A DNA stretch of 64,000 nucleotides, taken from NCBI GenBank assembly GCA_002104945.1, contig MCFH01000055.1, forward strand, positions 310,001 through 374,000, given 5' to 3'. This DNA comes from Piromyces finnis finn (lineage: Eukaryota > Fungi > Neocallimastigomycota). Position numbers and translations under genes: made by a program. The number at the start of each line of letters is the position of its first letter. Position 1 is the first letter of the stretch. Positions 16,511 to 30,934 of the stretch are shown here, in pieces. The notes under the pieces are model-generated. The model was not told the origin of the DNA, ran no database searches, and saw nothing but the letters and a program-made list of their open reading frames with translations.

Positions 16511-18365
16511 ATGAATAATAAGAGGATTCAAAATTTTTTAAATGAAAATATTCCTGAATGGTTTGAAGAAGAGCGTATGCAGACTCTATTTACTGCTTTT
16601 CGTGAAGTTAAAGATGAAAATTATGATAAATTGTTTATTGATTCTAATAATGATAAAGTATTTTTTTGGAAAAATTTAATTTTTTTGCTGCAACAAGAAA
16701 AATTATTAAATCAAAATGACAATTTATTAACTTTTCCAGGAAAAAATTTAGATCAAATTTTTGTTCGTAATGGTTTAACCCCTTCATGTATTGGTTCTGT
16801 TATCGTTAAGTGATATATTATATATTTTTTAATTATATATTTTTAGTGTTATTATTTTTATTATATATTTTAATGTTAAATTGTAAATGACTATTTATAT
16901 TTTTTTTTTATTAGAATGAATTACAAAAAAATGGTGAAATAATGGAATTAAATAATTATAATAGTCTTACTGATTGGAAACTTATTAAGTTGATATTTAG
17001 TCCGATTACTTGGGGATTTTCAAAAATACTTGGAGTTAATGATAGTAGTAATTCTGAATTAAAAGATGTTATTTATCTTAACATTACAATTTTAAAGGTA
17101 TTAGGAAGAATGTTAATTTTAATATCTATTATTAATTTTATATAATATTAATTATTTGTTGTTATTATTATTATTAATTTTAATAGCAAATATGTGAAGA
17201 AATTTTAAATTCACATTATAATTTAAATTTTTATAAAATTGATAATTTAATAACTAAAAATAATTTTATAAATAAATACAAAACAATTAATTTAAATGAC
17301 AAAATTTTAACATTATCAGAATTTGATATTGAAATAATATTAAATCAATTACAAAGGGATAATAACATAAGTTTAATGATTCAAGATGATATAACTGTAA
17401 GTATGAATATTTTTATTTTTATTATTACTATTTTCTAATATATTTTTCTAATATAAATATGTGATTAATTGTTTATTGTTATTGTTAATATATATATTAT
17501 ATAATAAATTCAGATGTTAAAATTTAAAGAAAAGAATTCTAAAAATAAAAATATTGAATTCAGTAGTAGTGATATAAATATTTTAAAATTAAAAAATCAA
17601 ATTGAAATGATTTCAAATCAAGTTAAACAAGATGAAGATAAAAAAGATAGGTAAATATAAATATACATAAGTTGATAAACATTTATATTATACTTAAATT
17701 TATTATATAATTATTCTTTTGAATTAGCATCCAGGCTAGGGTTATGAAATGTATTGTAAATAAACAAAAAGTTCAGGCTTTATATTTATTAAAGGAAAAG
17801 AAAATAATACAATTATTCATTGAAAAGAAAATGTCTTCTTATAACACCTTACAAGATATTTTATTAAAGATTCAATCTTGTGAAAGCAATAATGACGTAA
17901 GTATTATTAAAATTGACAATATGATAATATATTATATAAAGCCATTAAACTTTTGTAGCTAAATAATCATATATATTTTTATAAAAGATTTTGAATGCTA
18001 TGAAACTGGGTTCAGATACATTAAAGCAATTTATTGAAGAGAAGAATTTATCTGTTGATAGAATTGATGATGTTTTTACTTATATTGAAAATACTTTAAT
18101 GGACTTTGATGAAATTGAGTCTTCTATTAAACAAAATCAATCAGTAATTAATAATAGTGATGAAGAATTTGAAGAAGAACTTGATAAATTACTTAAAGAA
18201 GAAATCGCTAAAAAGAATAATACATTGAATATTATAAAATCTCAACATGAAGAAAATAAAATTGAAAATAAAATTGAATCAACTGATACATCTATTGACT
18301 TTATTCAAAATAATAATGAAAGTTTAGAAAAATTAAAAGAAAAAATATCAGCAATAGCAATATAA
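16511..18365 (+). CDS. CHMP7: CHMP7/Chm7-like ESCRT-II/III hybrid protein, 6 exons
   Basis: N-terminal winged-helix-type segment (RMQTLFTAF, FWKNLI, FVRNGLTPSCIGSVI) and C-terminal Snf7 helices (QALYLLKEKK, LQDILLKIQSCESN, ILNAMKLGSDTLK, LSVDRIDDV). GT-AG introns. Confidence 0.8.
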
Positions 18366-18779
18366 TATATAAATCACTACAATATTTAATTTTCATTATA
18401 TAAAATAGTTTATAATATTTATATATATATATAATTAAGTAAATAAATATTCATTTATAGATATATTTCAAATATTTTTTTAATATGTAAATCATAAATA
18501 TTAATAATTTAATATAACTATTTATTTTTTTTTTCTTCATAATCATTAATAAATATTTTTCATAACTATAAATTAAACTAAAAAAAAAAAAAAAGGAAAA
18601 AAAAATTACATGAAAAATAAATGTTGAATTTTTGTAAAAAGGAAAATAAGTGTATATTTTATATATAATAATAATAATATTATTTTTTTTGATATTTAAA
18701 TTTAACTGAAAATTAAACATAAATAATAATATAATACGAGAGCATATTTAAATATTTTTGAATACTTAGTTTCTAATGA

Positions 18780-19263
18780 TTATTTATTGTGACAACATTT
18801 ACCCTTTTTTTTGTATTTTGGTTGTCTTTCATATGCATTTGGTTTATTATCATCATCAGAACTCGAACTTGATTCTGAGGAAGAATCATCAAAGTTTCTT
18901 GGTTTAAAATAGATACAGCAAACTATATATTATTTTTATCAAATAAGAGGTTAATAAATATATATATATTTTATTTTATTTCTTATTTAAAATAGTAATA
19001 TTATTTTATATTATATGTATATTTTATTTTTAATAAAAAGTTATATTATATATATATAAACTATAAAAATATATACTTTTTGATTTTTTCTTTCCCATAT
19101 TTTCATTATCTATAGTTTCATTTGTCCAACGAACATGTCTTTCATTTTCATTTTCTCCATGTAATATTAATGTTCCTGTAATTTGATTATTAGTTGATGT
19201 TGATTGCTCAATTATAATAGTTTCTGTTGCTATCTGATTTTGAATATTATTTTCTTCTTCCAT
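18780..19263 (-). CDS. YPI1: Protein phosphatase 1 inhibitor-3 (Ypi1/PPP1R11), 2 exons
   Basis: RVxF/W-type motif RHVRW, then TIDNENMGKKKSK|ICCIYFKPR, a Ser/Asp tract and KPNAYERQPKY. Confidence 0.93.
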
Positions 19264-19901
19264 TTTTAATTTTATAATGCTTGCATTATTTTAATTTTTA
19301 GAAATGTTATATTAATTAACGAATAAGTTAGAAATATCTTTATTTCAAATATATATAATATAGTATTTACTTTATTTCTCCGTATACATATATATAATTA
19401 ATACAGGTTTAATTATTGAATAAATTTGAAATGTATTTATTTTTAAAATAATATATATTTTATTATTTTATATATTTTATATACAAGGAAACTTTCAAAA
19501 TATATAAAAATAAAGAAATACAATTTTAATATCTGTTATTTAAATGTGTTATTAAATATCAAAATTTTAAATATAAAAACTTTAAATTAATAAAATTATT
19601 TCAAAAGGATTAGGAAAAAAAAGTGGATAAGGTTCCATTTATTTTTTATATAGAGATATTATTAATTAAAATAATTAATTAATTATATAATTATATATAA
19701 ATTCGTTTATTTTCTTACTTTATATACAATATTCCATTTCTTTGTATTAAAACATTTCATTATTTTTTAATTTATCTTATTTTTATTCAAAAATGCAATC
19801 GAATTAAATTTGATAGCGTAATACTTTAAAAAAAGCAAATAAAATATATATATATTTTTTTAATAAAATATTTAAGAGTAGGAAAATTTTGATTTTTAGA
19901 A

Positions 19902-22900
19902 ATGTCTGATATTATATATAAATGCGTTTTACAACATGATATCGATCAATTGCGTTCATTGTTGAAGAAACAACCTAATTCAAAGGATATTAATTATTAT
20001 TCATCTTTTACTGGACAAACACCATTATTATTGGCATGTTCTCTTGATCATAGAGATAGTTTATTAGCATTAATTCAATGTCCATTGGTTAATGTAAATC
20101 TTCAAGACTTAGAGAGTAAATATATATTTATATATATATATATTATTAAAGATGTATTATTATTATCATCATCATTATTATAATATTTAACATAATTTTA
20201 TTTATTATATGAAAATATATAATAAATTAATATTTTTATGAAGGTGGTTATACGGCACTTCATTATTGTCTTTATCATGGAAAATTACAATTTACAATTG
20301 ACATTCTAAAATTACGTAGAGCTGATTGCAATTTAGCTTTAAAAGATAAAGAAGGAATGACATGCTTTGATTTATTAAATTCTTCTTTTAAGGCACTCCA
20401 AAAAGTTAAAATAGAAAATGAAAAAATAAATATTGTTAAAAATGGCTCAAGCTTTGATGTTTTAAATACTGAAATAATTAATTCTGATATAGATACTGAT
20501 TTAGAAGACAAAAAAAATCATTTAAGTAATAATTCAGATGACAATAATTCTGATAATGATTATAGTTTTTCAGATGATTCTGACATAAATAAAGAAAATA
20601 CCGATTCTTTAAAATGTCAACCTTCAATGAGTTTATGGACTTGGGGTTCAAATTCAAATTATGTATTGGGTCATAATAATACTGATAACAGAACCTCACC
20701 TGAAAGTGTTCGTCTTGATTTACCATTAAGAAATAATGATAAAGGAATACATTCAATACAATTATTTACACCATTAATTCATAAAACTACAATGTCAAAA
20801 TTTCATACTGTTGTTAAAGTAGGAAATGAAGTACAATTGTGTGGTAAAATATTACAAAAACGAATATCTCATCGCTTTTTTATTGTTTAAATATTATTAT
20901 TATTATTATTATTATTATTATCATTATTTTATTATATTAATTTTATATATTTTATATATTTATTAAATAATAAAATTATAATTTGAAGGTCATGGAAAAA
21001 TAGGAAGACTTGGTTTTGGAAATGAAGCTACTCAATTTAACTTAAAAACATTAAGAATTGATAATTGTCAAATTCAAAATTTCTCGGTAGGTTACAATCA
21101 TACTTTATTTATAGGAAGTAATGGTGAATTATTTACTTGTGGAGATAATACTTTTGGTCAATTAGGTATGATAGCGGTAGCTATATGATTGTTTATCTAA
21201 AATCAAAATATTAAAATTAAAAATTAAAACTATATTGAATAATTATAAATTATAAAATATTATAAATATATATTAAAGGTTATGAAACTGAAAATTCTGT
21301 AATGGAAACAATGCCTAAGGAAGTTCAAAGTTTAAAAAATATTCCAATTATTAAGGCATCATCATGTAAATACCATAATCTTGCATTAGCAAGAAATGGA
21401 ACTCTTTATTCATGGGGTTTAAATTTAGGTATCTAATAAATTATTTATATACAATATACAATTATTATATATAAAAAATATAATATTAATTACTAATTGA
21501 TTTATGTCAATATTAACTAAAGGTCAATTAGGACATCCAGCTAAATATGATACAATAAAAACACCAAAAAGAGTATCATTAATTATTCAGCAAGATATTA
21601 TTGATATAAAGACATGTGTAACGGCGTCAGCATGCTTATTATCTTCATATAGTGTTATTATTTTAGTAAATTATACTACTCAAAAATTAAATTTTGTTAT
21701 TCCACCAAAACCTTTATATCAATTAACAGCTCAAAATTTTGAGGTATCAAATAGAAAGTCATATTTGAAGAAGAAAAATGTTCAAAAAACAAAAATAACA
21801 GCAATCGAATCAAATCAAAATAATAATTTTATAGCTTTATCAGAATCTGGTGATATTTATACATGGAAGGTTGATATACCAAAGAGTAAAAGCAATAATG
21901 ATGAAAAGAAAATTCCAGGAGAGAAATTAAAGCAAAAATCATCAATAAGTAATATTGCAGTAAATATAGGAAGAGCTGCAATTCCTGGTGAAATTGCATA
22001 TATTTTGAATTCTAAAGAAACTGATCTTGTAAGTGTATCTGATGCTTATTTAGTATATTCTACAGAAAGAAATTATATGAAGCCTTTAAAAATTGCTATT
22101 GGTATTGATGGCAATATCTTATATTCTACTAAATTTGGAGATGCATATTTTGGTGTTCTAAAAAATAAAAGCGACTTTAAAGATATTGCTTTAAAATCAA
22201 ATAGTAAATTTTATAAATTTAAAAAAATTCCTGCTTTGCAACATATTGTAGATGTATTTGCTAATTCATCAGGTGCGTATGGTGCAATTAGATCAGATTA
22301 TCGTCCGAAGTTGATACCAATAATTAAGGGAACTCTAAGTGAAGATATATCTGATTTATATCAAACAACAGCTAATTTTATTGATAAAAAATTAATATAC
22401 GATGGTATATATGATGTTATTTTTGAAACTTCAGACAACATTTATCATTATGCAAATAGTGCTATATTAGCTGCTAGATCAAACTATTTTTATGAATTAT
22501 TTGTTTTGCAACAATATAAGAATAATGCATCCAGGATTGTTAATGCTAACAGTAATTATATCATTAAAGAATTAGATAATAATGATAAAAGTATTAAAAC
22601 TGAAGTATTACATGAAGAAATTATTGATGATATTATTACATTATTTGTTACTAAATTAATGTCATCTAAAAATAATTCCTTGGATAATATATATCGAAAT
22701 AATCTTTTTATTTTTAGCTTAAAAGATATTCATTCTCAGTCTCTTAGTGTTTTATTGAAATTTATATATTCTGACGTCTTTGATAATATGATTATGAAAC
22801 AAAGGTATATTAATAAAAATAGTAGAAAGCTTTATGAAGACTTTATTACACTTGCAAAACTTTTTGAATGCTATGATTCTCATAATAAATTACCGACAAC

Positions 22901-24649
22901 AACATATAAACCGACGACTAATATATATATGTCAGAAGAGTTAACTCAAATTAATAATGTTGTTCAATTTGATTATTCCAAACAACTTGAACGTATGTGG
23001 CATGATACAGGCTTGTTAAAATTATCAGATGTTATATTAAAATTGGATTGTAATGTCAGTCTTCCAGTTCATCGTTCTATATTATCAAAACGTAGTAAAT
23101 TTTTTGAAGTTATTCTAGCTATGGATTCAATATGGATCCATCGTGATAAAGATTTTGATAATAAAATTATTATTGACTTTTCTCATGTGAAAATGGAATA
23201 TATGTCATTTATATTACGTTATATATATGGTGATTTTGGCGTTGAACAATTTGAGAATAAATTCCAAAAGCATGTTGAAGAAAAATATAAAATCCCATGT
23301 AATAAATTGGATAATTATATTGATTTAATTGTTGAAATAATAATTTTAGCGGATGAATTGATGCTTGATGAATTTATTGATATATGTAGTAGAATACTTG
23401 GCTCTGTATTGGATATAAATAATGTTGTTAATATTCTTCAAATTTCTGAAAAATACAATGCTTTCAAGTTAAAAGCTTCATGTATTCAATTCATATGCTC
23501 AAATCTTATTACATTAATTGAAAATGGAAAAATAGATATTCTTGATCATGATGTTTTATATGAAATACAAGAATCTCTACAACAATTGCAAAATAAAAAA
23601 TTCAAATTTACAAGAGGTGAAAACTCGTATTATAAGCGTATTAAAACTATGGCAGAAGAAGAAACTAATCAAAAGAAACTTAGAGAAAAAAGTAAACGCC
23701 AAGAAAAGAAAAATAGAAAGAATAGTACCAATAAAGAAAAGGAGAAAGGAAAAGAAATTAAAATTGAAGAAGAATTGTGGCAGCCCTCACAAGAAGATAT
23801 TCAGGAACAAATTTTAATATATCAATTAGCGATGGCAGAACAGGAAGCTCGAAAAAATAATAATAATTCTTCAAATAATACTAACGGAAAAAAGAAAAAA
23901 AAGAATGCTAAAGGAAAAGATAGCGATAGTAGCAATGGTAATAATAAAAATAGTAACAACTATTCCAAGATAAAAGAGAATAAAGATTTATATGATTTAT
24001 CATTTATTGCTGAAATACAAGATGAAATAGCGTCGAATTCCAATAATTTTGCTTCCTCCTCATCATCTTTGAATCTTCAAACCGAAAATAAAAATGTAAA
24101 TGATTCAAATAGTTCAATTAATAATAATAAATCATCAAAATCTAAAAAGGTAAAATATTCTAAATTAGATATATTTTCACCTGAATCTACAAGGAAAAAT
24201 GCATGGGAAATTACTTCTCCTACTAATTTGGATACTAAAAAAACTATTTCAAATGTTGTTAGTGCAAGTCCAAAGAATACAACAACTTGGAATACATCAT
24301 CTTTAACTTCTAATGCAAATAGTCAATCAAGTACTACTGTTAGTGGTTTGGCATCTAAAGGTTGGGCTAATACAGTTCCAAATAAAAATAATAATGATAA
24401 TAATAACAGCAATAATAAAAAGTTGATTGAAAAAAGTGAAAAGTAAATTTTATTTAATATTATATTTGATATAAAAATCTTATATATAATGAATTTTATT
24501 TATATATATTAATCTATTTTCTATATAATTAGCAATAATAACGTTTTATCATTTAAAGAAATAATGAAGCTAGAACAAGAAAAGGTAAATTTTATTTTAT
24601 TTTTTTTTATTTTTTTTTTTATGGTTACGGTTAAATATAGTTTTATTCT

Positions 24650-24691
<42 letters not shown>

Positions 24692-25153
24692 CATGTATAT
24701 ATAATAAAACAGGAAAATAATTCATCAACTTCTAGTATCAACAAACCATCTAATTCATTTAAAGGTTTCCAAAAATTATCTCAAAAAGAACGTATAAAAG
24801 CATCAAAATTATTAGCGGCTGAAACTAGTGAGCCAACTGAGAAGGTAGCATGGGGTGGTGCTGGAATGATTAACAAAAATAAAGGACCGTCTATATTAGC
24901 ATTACAACATAATAATGAAACTATAAATGGTTCATCGAAAAAATCTGCTACTAAAAATAATGCTTGGTCTAATAGATCCTTTTTAAATATTCAACAAGAA
25001 CAACTTAAAACTCAAAAAGCACAGCAAAAGAAATTAAATAAATCTTTAATGCAAATCCAGACAGAAGAAAAAGCTATTGAAGCTATTTTATCATTTTATA
25101 AGCAAACAAGTAATCTTGAAAATGGTGAATGGTTCTCTGTTTCAACACTCTAA
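19902..25153 (+). CDS. Ankyrin-RCC1-BTB protein (IBTK / S. pombe Btb1-like)
   Basis: Ankyrin repeats (GQTPLLLAC, GYTALHY); RCC1 repeats (WTWGSNSNYVLGH, GHGKIGRLGFG, CGDNTFGQLG, SWGLNLGQLGH); two BTB domains (HYANSAILAARSNYF, VHRSILSKRSKFF) with a BACK-like helix; C-terminal KLSQKER and SLMQIQTEEKA. Confidence 0.85.
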
Positions 25154-25892
25154 TTGCTTAATATCTTAATGATATTATATTATTTTTATATGAAACTAAT
25201 ACATATATTTCATATTTTCATATTTTAATATATATAAATATGCTATCTAAATTTTTTTATTTTTTATTTTTTATTTATTATAAGTATTTATACCTTTTTT
25301 TTTTTTTTTTTTTGAATTTTGAAAATAATTTCTAAATGTATAATGAACTTTGAAATAAATACATAATTAATTTATAAATTAATTTATTATATTATTATTA
25401 TGCATGTTTAATAATAATATACGAATAATGATATACACATATATATAAATGATGCATCGTTTTTTTAAATAAGGATTATTTATTAGCTATTTTTATTTAT
25501 TAAAAAATATTTTTTATTATTGTAATTTATTCTTGTTATAATTTATTTCAACTTTTATTTTAATATTATTAATATTTATGAATTGAATATTTTTTGTTTA
25601 TATTTATTACAAAAAATAAACTATTTTAAAAAAGAAATATACTTTTGTTAATAGCTATGTGTTGATAATTTAAGATTGTGTTTATGTTTTATACTTTCAG
25701 TTATTTGAATAATTTAATAATTTAATTATATTATTATTATTATTATTATTAAATGATATTTTTACAATTTTTATTATTTTAATATTTTATTACTAAATTT
25801 ATATATTTGATTTTTGTTTAATAACAATATCAATTTTATTATATTTGTATTATATATATATATATATTATTTTTTATATTTTAGATATATAA

Positions 25893-26746
25893 CTATGATA
25901 AATATATTTTTCTTATATTTTCTTGTGTGAGTTTCACAAGTGTTATTGGACATCTTTGATTTTCTTCAATATAATTAAATATACAAGGATAACAAAAGGC
26001 ATAACCTGTTGATGTTACTGCAGTATTTGTTCTTTTGTGATGACATAATGGGCAAATAGTTACATCGTCTGGAATTGGTAAGCCATCAGGATGTTGCTAT
26101 TTTATGATTATTAATATTAATAATATGAACAATAATTAAAAATTTATTTATTGTAATAAAAAAATATAGTAATCATTGATAACAATTATATATATAATAA
26201 TTTAGCAACTATATGTGTTATACCTCTAAAGCTTCAGGTGGTGTTGGAATATTAGATTGGTCTACAACTGTATTCGATTTAACTTGATTTGTCCACCATT
26301 CCATAAATTTAAAAGTTAGAACAAAAATAGGTAATGCATATTTTAAAAGTTCAAATCCCCTTGATGATACAGTTTTCATTATTTCTAAAAATTTTCTAGT
26401 GAACTTTACATCAGAGTTTTGAAGAATATTTCTTATAATTTCCATTATTTTTTCTTTATTTTCATGATTCTTTTTCTATAATGTTTTATTAAACTTAATT
26501 ATTATTTATATATTTTATTTATATATTATATTTATATATTACTTAGAAATTATACACACATAATCTTCCATATTCATTCTTTGTATTTTTAATCCTATTA
26601 ATTGAAGCCATGGGTTAAAATAATCAGTTTTATCATATAGATAACAGATTCTTTGTATAAAGAATGTTGTATTGAAAAGCATATTAACTAATGGATAATA
26701 TTTTAAGAATTTTTTCTTCATATTTTCTTTTATTTTACTTTTTAAC

Positions 26747-26777
<31 letters not shown>

Positions 26778-27691
26778 TTATATTATATTATAATAGAGAA
26801 TTAACAATTTTAAATAATTTAAATTACTGCATATAATTTGATACTTTTTTTGAATAATATTTTATTAAATTTCTTACATTTTTTTCTTCATTAAAATCAT
26901 ATTGTTCTGTATAATTAGAGATTCCTCCTCCTAAATCTTCATATAATATATTTAACTTTTTTCTTAAATATGGTAATCCAATCTTTTAAATGTAGATTAT
27001 ATACGAATATTAAAATATGAAATTATAATTGTTTGAATATAATTAATTTAAATTATTTTAAATATAAATTCATTAAAAATATAGTGTTAAAATATTTATA
27101 TATATATATTTTAAAAATTACTAGAAATAATAAAGAATAATTTATTTGTTTTTGATTTAGGTCGGATTTTAAATATTTTTGTTTTGTTGGTGATATATTA
27201 TTACTTAAACATGGTACTCTTTTAAATGAATAATAACTTTCTGTAAATGAAGCATCTTTATATATAATAAAAATTTATAAGTTAATAATTATAATAAAAA
27301 TAAAAATATTTAATTAAATTTTATTATCTCTTTTTTGAAATTTACTATATTTTTTTAAGTAATATCTTTCAATGAAAAACATAATTAATGAATAAATTTC
27401 CTGACTTCTATTAGCAATTCTAAGAAGATATCTAGGGTATCTTTGGGCATAAATCTTTTATTTTATTAATGAAATATAAAAATAAAGATATTTATTATTA
27501 TTATTTAATTTGTTAATAGAGGACTGATGAAGTTTAGGAATAATAAATTTTCAATTGTTAATTTTAATTACAGATAATATGTATTCTATTGCTGGTTCAA
27601 TAAGCTCATCCATTTTTTCCTGATTAATTAATTCAAAAAAAGAAGGCTTATTGGGATCGAAAAAAAATAAATTGAGGGAATTAACATTCAT
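25893..27691 (-). CDS. PEX12: Peroxin 12 (peroxisomal RING peroxin), multi-exon
   Basis: N-terminal PSFFELINQ...PAIEYIL|IYAQRYPRYLL; ASFTESYYSFKR; GLPYLRKKL; YFNPWLQLIG; LPIFVLTFKFMEWW; IPTPP; C-terminal CPLC...NTAVTSTGYAFCYPCIFNYI...CPIT. Confidence 0.92.
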
Positions 27692-28344
27692 TTTCTAAAA
27701 ATTATTAATCTAAATCCTATATACTAATTTATACAGAAAAAATATAATAGCAAAATAAAAATAAAAATAAAATAAATAAAAAAAAATTATTTGAAATAGT
27801 TAAAATACTTATTTCTCTTGTAATTTGCGAATAATTTCAATTCAACCCATTTAATAAAACCAACTAAATATTGCGAAAAACAAATATAAATTCATTATAT
27901 ACAATACATAGTATTTATAAATATTCTTGAGATAAAATAAAAACTTCCTCAACATTCACTAAAAAAAAATTAATATTTAAAAACTCCATAAACAAAAAAT
28001 AATTTTCTTTTTGTATTTTATTACATAATAATTATAAAAATTATCCTCATAATTCCTCTAAACTTCCAAATATATTTTTCTCATTTTGTTAAATTCCTTT
28101 AAAAATTAAAAACAACCATTGAATTAAATATTTTCTTTAATAAATATTTTTATTGCAATTTATTATTTACTTTTATATTTCTTGTCTATATTATATATTC
28201 TCATTATAAATTCCAAATTTACTGACGCTTCACTTTATTTATTAATTTATAACACAAATTGAAATAATATGCTGTTTTTTTGAAACACAAAATATATCTT
28301 TATTTCCTTTAAATTAATGTAATTTTATATTCAATTTAATACAT

Positions 28345-29034
28345 TTATTGGACGTAAGACCAGGTGCTATAAAAAAAATTATAAAAAATTTATTTAATAA
28401 TTTATTACATTTATTATATATATTCATATAAGTAATAAAAATAAAAATCGATATTTACTTCTTAAGGTAACCAGATTGAGTGGCTAATCTGTCAAGAGAA
28501 TCGTTAGATTCACCTTGGGATCTGACATTACCAGAGAAGGCAAAGGTAGTGAAAGTCTTGGTGTAGACACCAGTTTCTGGGTCAACATCACCAATGTTGA
28601 TTTGGACGGAAGCGTGGTCCTTAGCAGTGATAAGACGACCAGTGGCAGAGCTATATTTTATTTTAAATAATATATTATTATTATCTATTTTATAATTTCA
28701 TATTCCATTATCATTTTATTATATCTACTTGAAGTTAATACTAACCACTTTCTTGGGATGTAAAGATCAACGAGTTTTCCCTTATCGTTTTGCTATTAAT
28801 TATTATAATTATAATTAAGTACAAATTAGTAATTAATCCATTGAGTAATTTAATTTTCATTTCAATTTTTTAAAAATAGAAACAAAACAAACACACATAT
28901 TCATCAATAATTAATCATCTTTCAAAATAAGAATATACTTTTTTCATAATATCATTCATCATCAAAAATATAAAAACTCATAACATTAACATCATTTAAA
29001 AAAAAAATAAAGCATTCAAAATAATATATACCAT
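28345..29034 (-). CDS. RPS21: 40S ribosomal protein S21 (eS21), 4 exons, first coding exon is ATG only
   Basis: M|[16 protein letters not shown]|[19 protein letters not shown]...[18 protein letters not shown]...K|NTWSYVQ. Confidence 0.96.
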
Positions 29035-29152
29035 TTTGTGTTCTTATTCCTTATTTAAAATAAATTAAATAATTTACTGAGAAAGAGGGAAATTAAGTTT
29101 TATTATTTTGCATTTCTTTTTTTTTTCGTGATAATTTTTTTCCACCTATCAT

Positions 29153-29159
29153 CCAATCA
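29153..29159 (+). promoter_or_regulatory. CCAAT box upstream of RPS21
   Basis: CCAATCA about 120 bp upstream of the RPS21 ATG. Confidence 0.5.
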
Positions 29160-29513
29160 TTAATCAACAATATATCATGTGTATTTATGTATATATATAT
29201 ATTCATGAATCTTCATTTAAGAAAACATAAATTTATGAAAATTTGATTTATATTTTATTTTTTATTTATTGTAATTCTTTAGTATAAATTATTTTATTTT
29301 AATATTTACTATTTTATTATTTTATTATTATTATTATTTAATATCTAATTTATTTTATTTTAAATTTATGTGTTTTAGCAATTATTTCGGGGTTATTTAT
29401 TTTATATTATTTATATTTTTACATTATAAATAAAAATGTATGTATATGTAAAATTTTAATTCGTTTTTTTTAATAATGTTTCTAGTGTACTACTAGTTAA
29501 TATTTAATTACTT

Positions 29514-30284
29514 TTATTTTTCAAAAGCATCAATAATAGCTTGGTACATTTCCATTGCAATCTTTATTCTAACTCTATCCTCATCTGAATTTTCTGGTAA
29601 TTGTCTTTCAGCTTCAATTAAATTTTGTTTAGTGGCAGATAAATCAATATAATCCAATGGATAAGCTTCAGCAGCGGAAATACTCATTGATTTATCTGGA
29701 TTAATAATTGCAAAACCTCCACTTACTATTTTTTTAAAAAAACAATAAGTTATTAATTAGATAACAAATTTTTACTTTAAATTAATTACAATACAATATT
29801 ACCAATAAATTTTTTAATTTCTTTATTTTGTTCAACTTCAACAAGTCCACCAAGAATACGTTGAGCAAAAGCATCTTGTCCAGCTTTAATTTCAACAGGT
29901 CCTTTTTCTGTTGTAAATTTTACTCTTTCAACTTGTTCATTGTTGAAAAGGCTCTTTATAAAAATGACATTTCAAATTACATTTGTTAATATATTTTAAT
30001 TTTTCTTTATTCTTTATTATTATATTAATACATTAATAATTTGATTATTACTTTTTTTGGGGCAGAGAAATTTAAAGAAAATTGTTGTAAAGAGCGAGTA
30101 GCTATGACATGGGTAACTGTATATTTGATATATATAATTTTATTGATTAAAACAACAAATTAATTATTTTTTCAATAAAAAATGAAACTTTAATTACTAT
30201 GATAAATTAAGATGATATTTTATTACGGTTTGGTATTAATTTTGTTTTATTTAATAATTTTAAAGAACTGTTAAATAAAGCCAT
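29514..30284 (-). CDS. ATP16: Divergent F1-ATPase delta subunit (ATP16/ATP5F1D-like), 4 exons, with putative organellar presequence
   Basis: MALFNSSLKLLNKTKLIPNLTHVIATRS (basic, no acidic residues), then FSLNFSAP, GGLVEV, VSGGFAIINPDKSMSISAAEAYPLD and a C-terminal helical hairpin ending IKIAMEMYQAIIDAFEK. Confidence 0.82.
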
Positions 30285-30934
30285 TTGATGAAAGGATATT
30301 TGACTAATTTTATAGATAAAAATAAAAAAGGAAGTATATTATGAATTTATTATAAGAAATATTTTTTTTTAAAAAGATAGATGAATTTAATAGAAATTTA
30401 CTCTTTCATTTATTAAAGTTTATTACAATATATTAATAATTTTAAGTGAATTTATCCACATAATTTATATTTTCAAAAATTTTATTTTCGTTATTTAAAT
30501 TAATATATTATAGAGTTTTATAATATATAGATTTAATATTTTATCTTTCTTATGTAGAAGTAGAAAAAAAAATAACTATATAATAATTATAAAAATTTAA
30601 AAACAAAAACAAAAGCAAACACAGAAAAGGCAATTTAAATTTACTTTATATATGTTTTTAGTATTCTTGCTTCTTTTTTTAATAACTAAATATCGAAGCA
30701 ACATAAATTATAAATACTTAAATTATTAACGGACTATATATAACAAGTAAAATAAAAAAATGCAGATAAACAAAAATAACAATTATTTTCTTTATTTATC
30801 AAATTTATTATATTTTAAATTTTTATATAAACTGATCATATATTTTAAATATATACAAAATTATGAATACTATCAATGAAATTTTTTTCAGTAGTAGCTT
30901 TTGATAAACTTTAAATATAGAGTGCATAATTTAA

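Noticed and set aside
21429-21436. GTATCT donor in the IBTK-like gene as a possible U12 GT-AG intron
   Set aside because: It lacks CCTT at +5 to +8 and has an ordinary CTAAT branch motif, so it is best read as a U2 intron.
28795-29031. TGATGA boxes in RPS21 intron 1 suggesting a C/D snoRNA
   Set aside because: There is no downstream CTGA D box in the intron.
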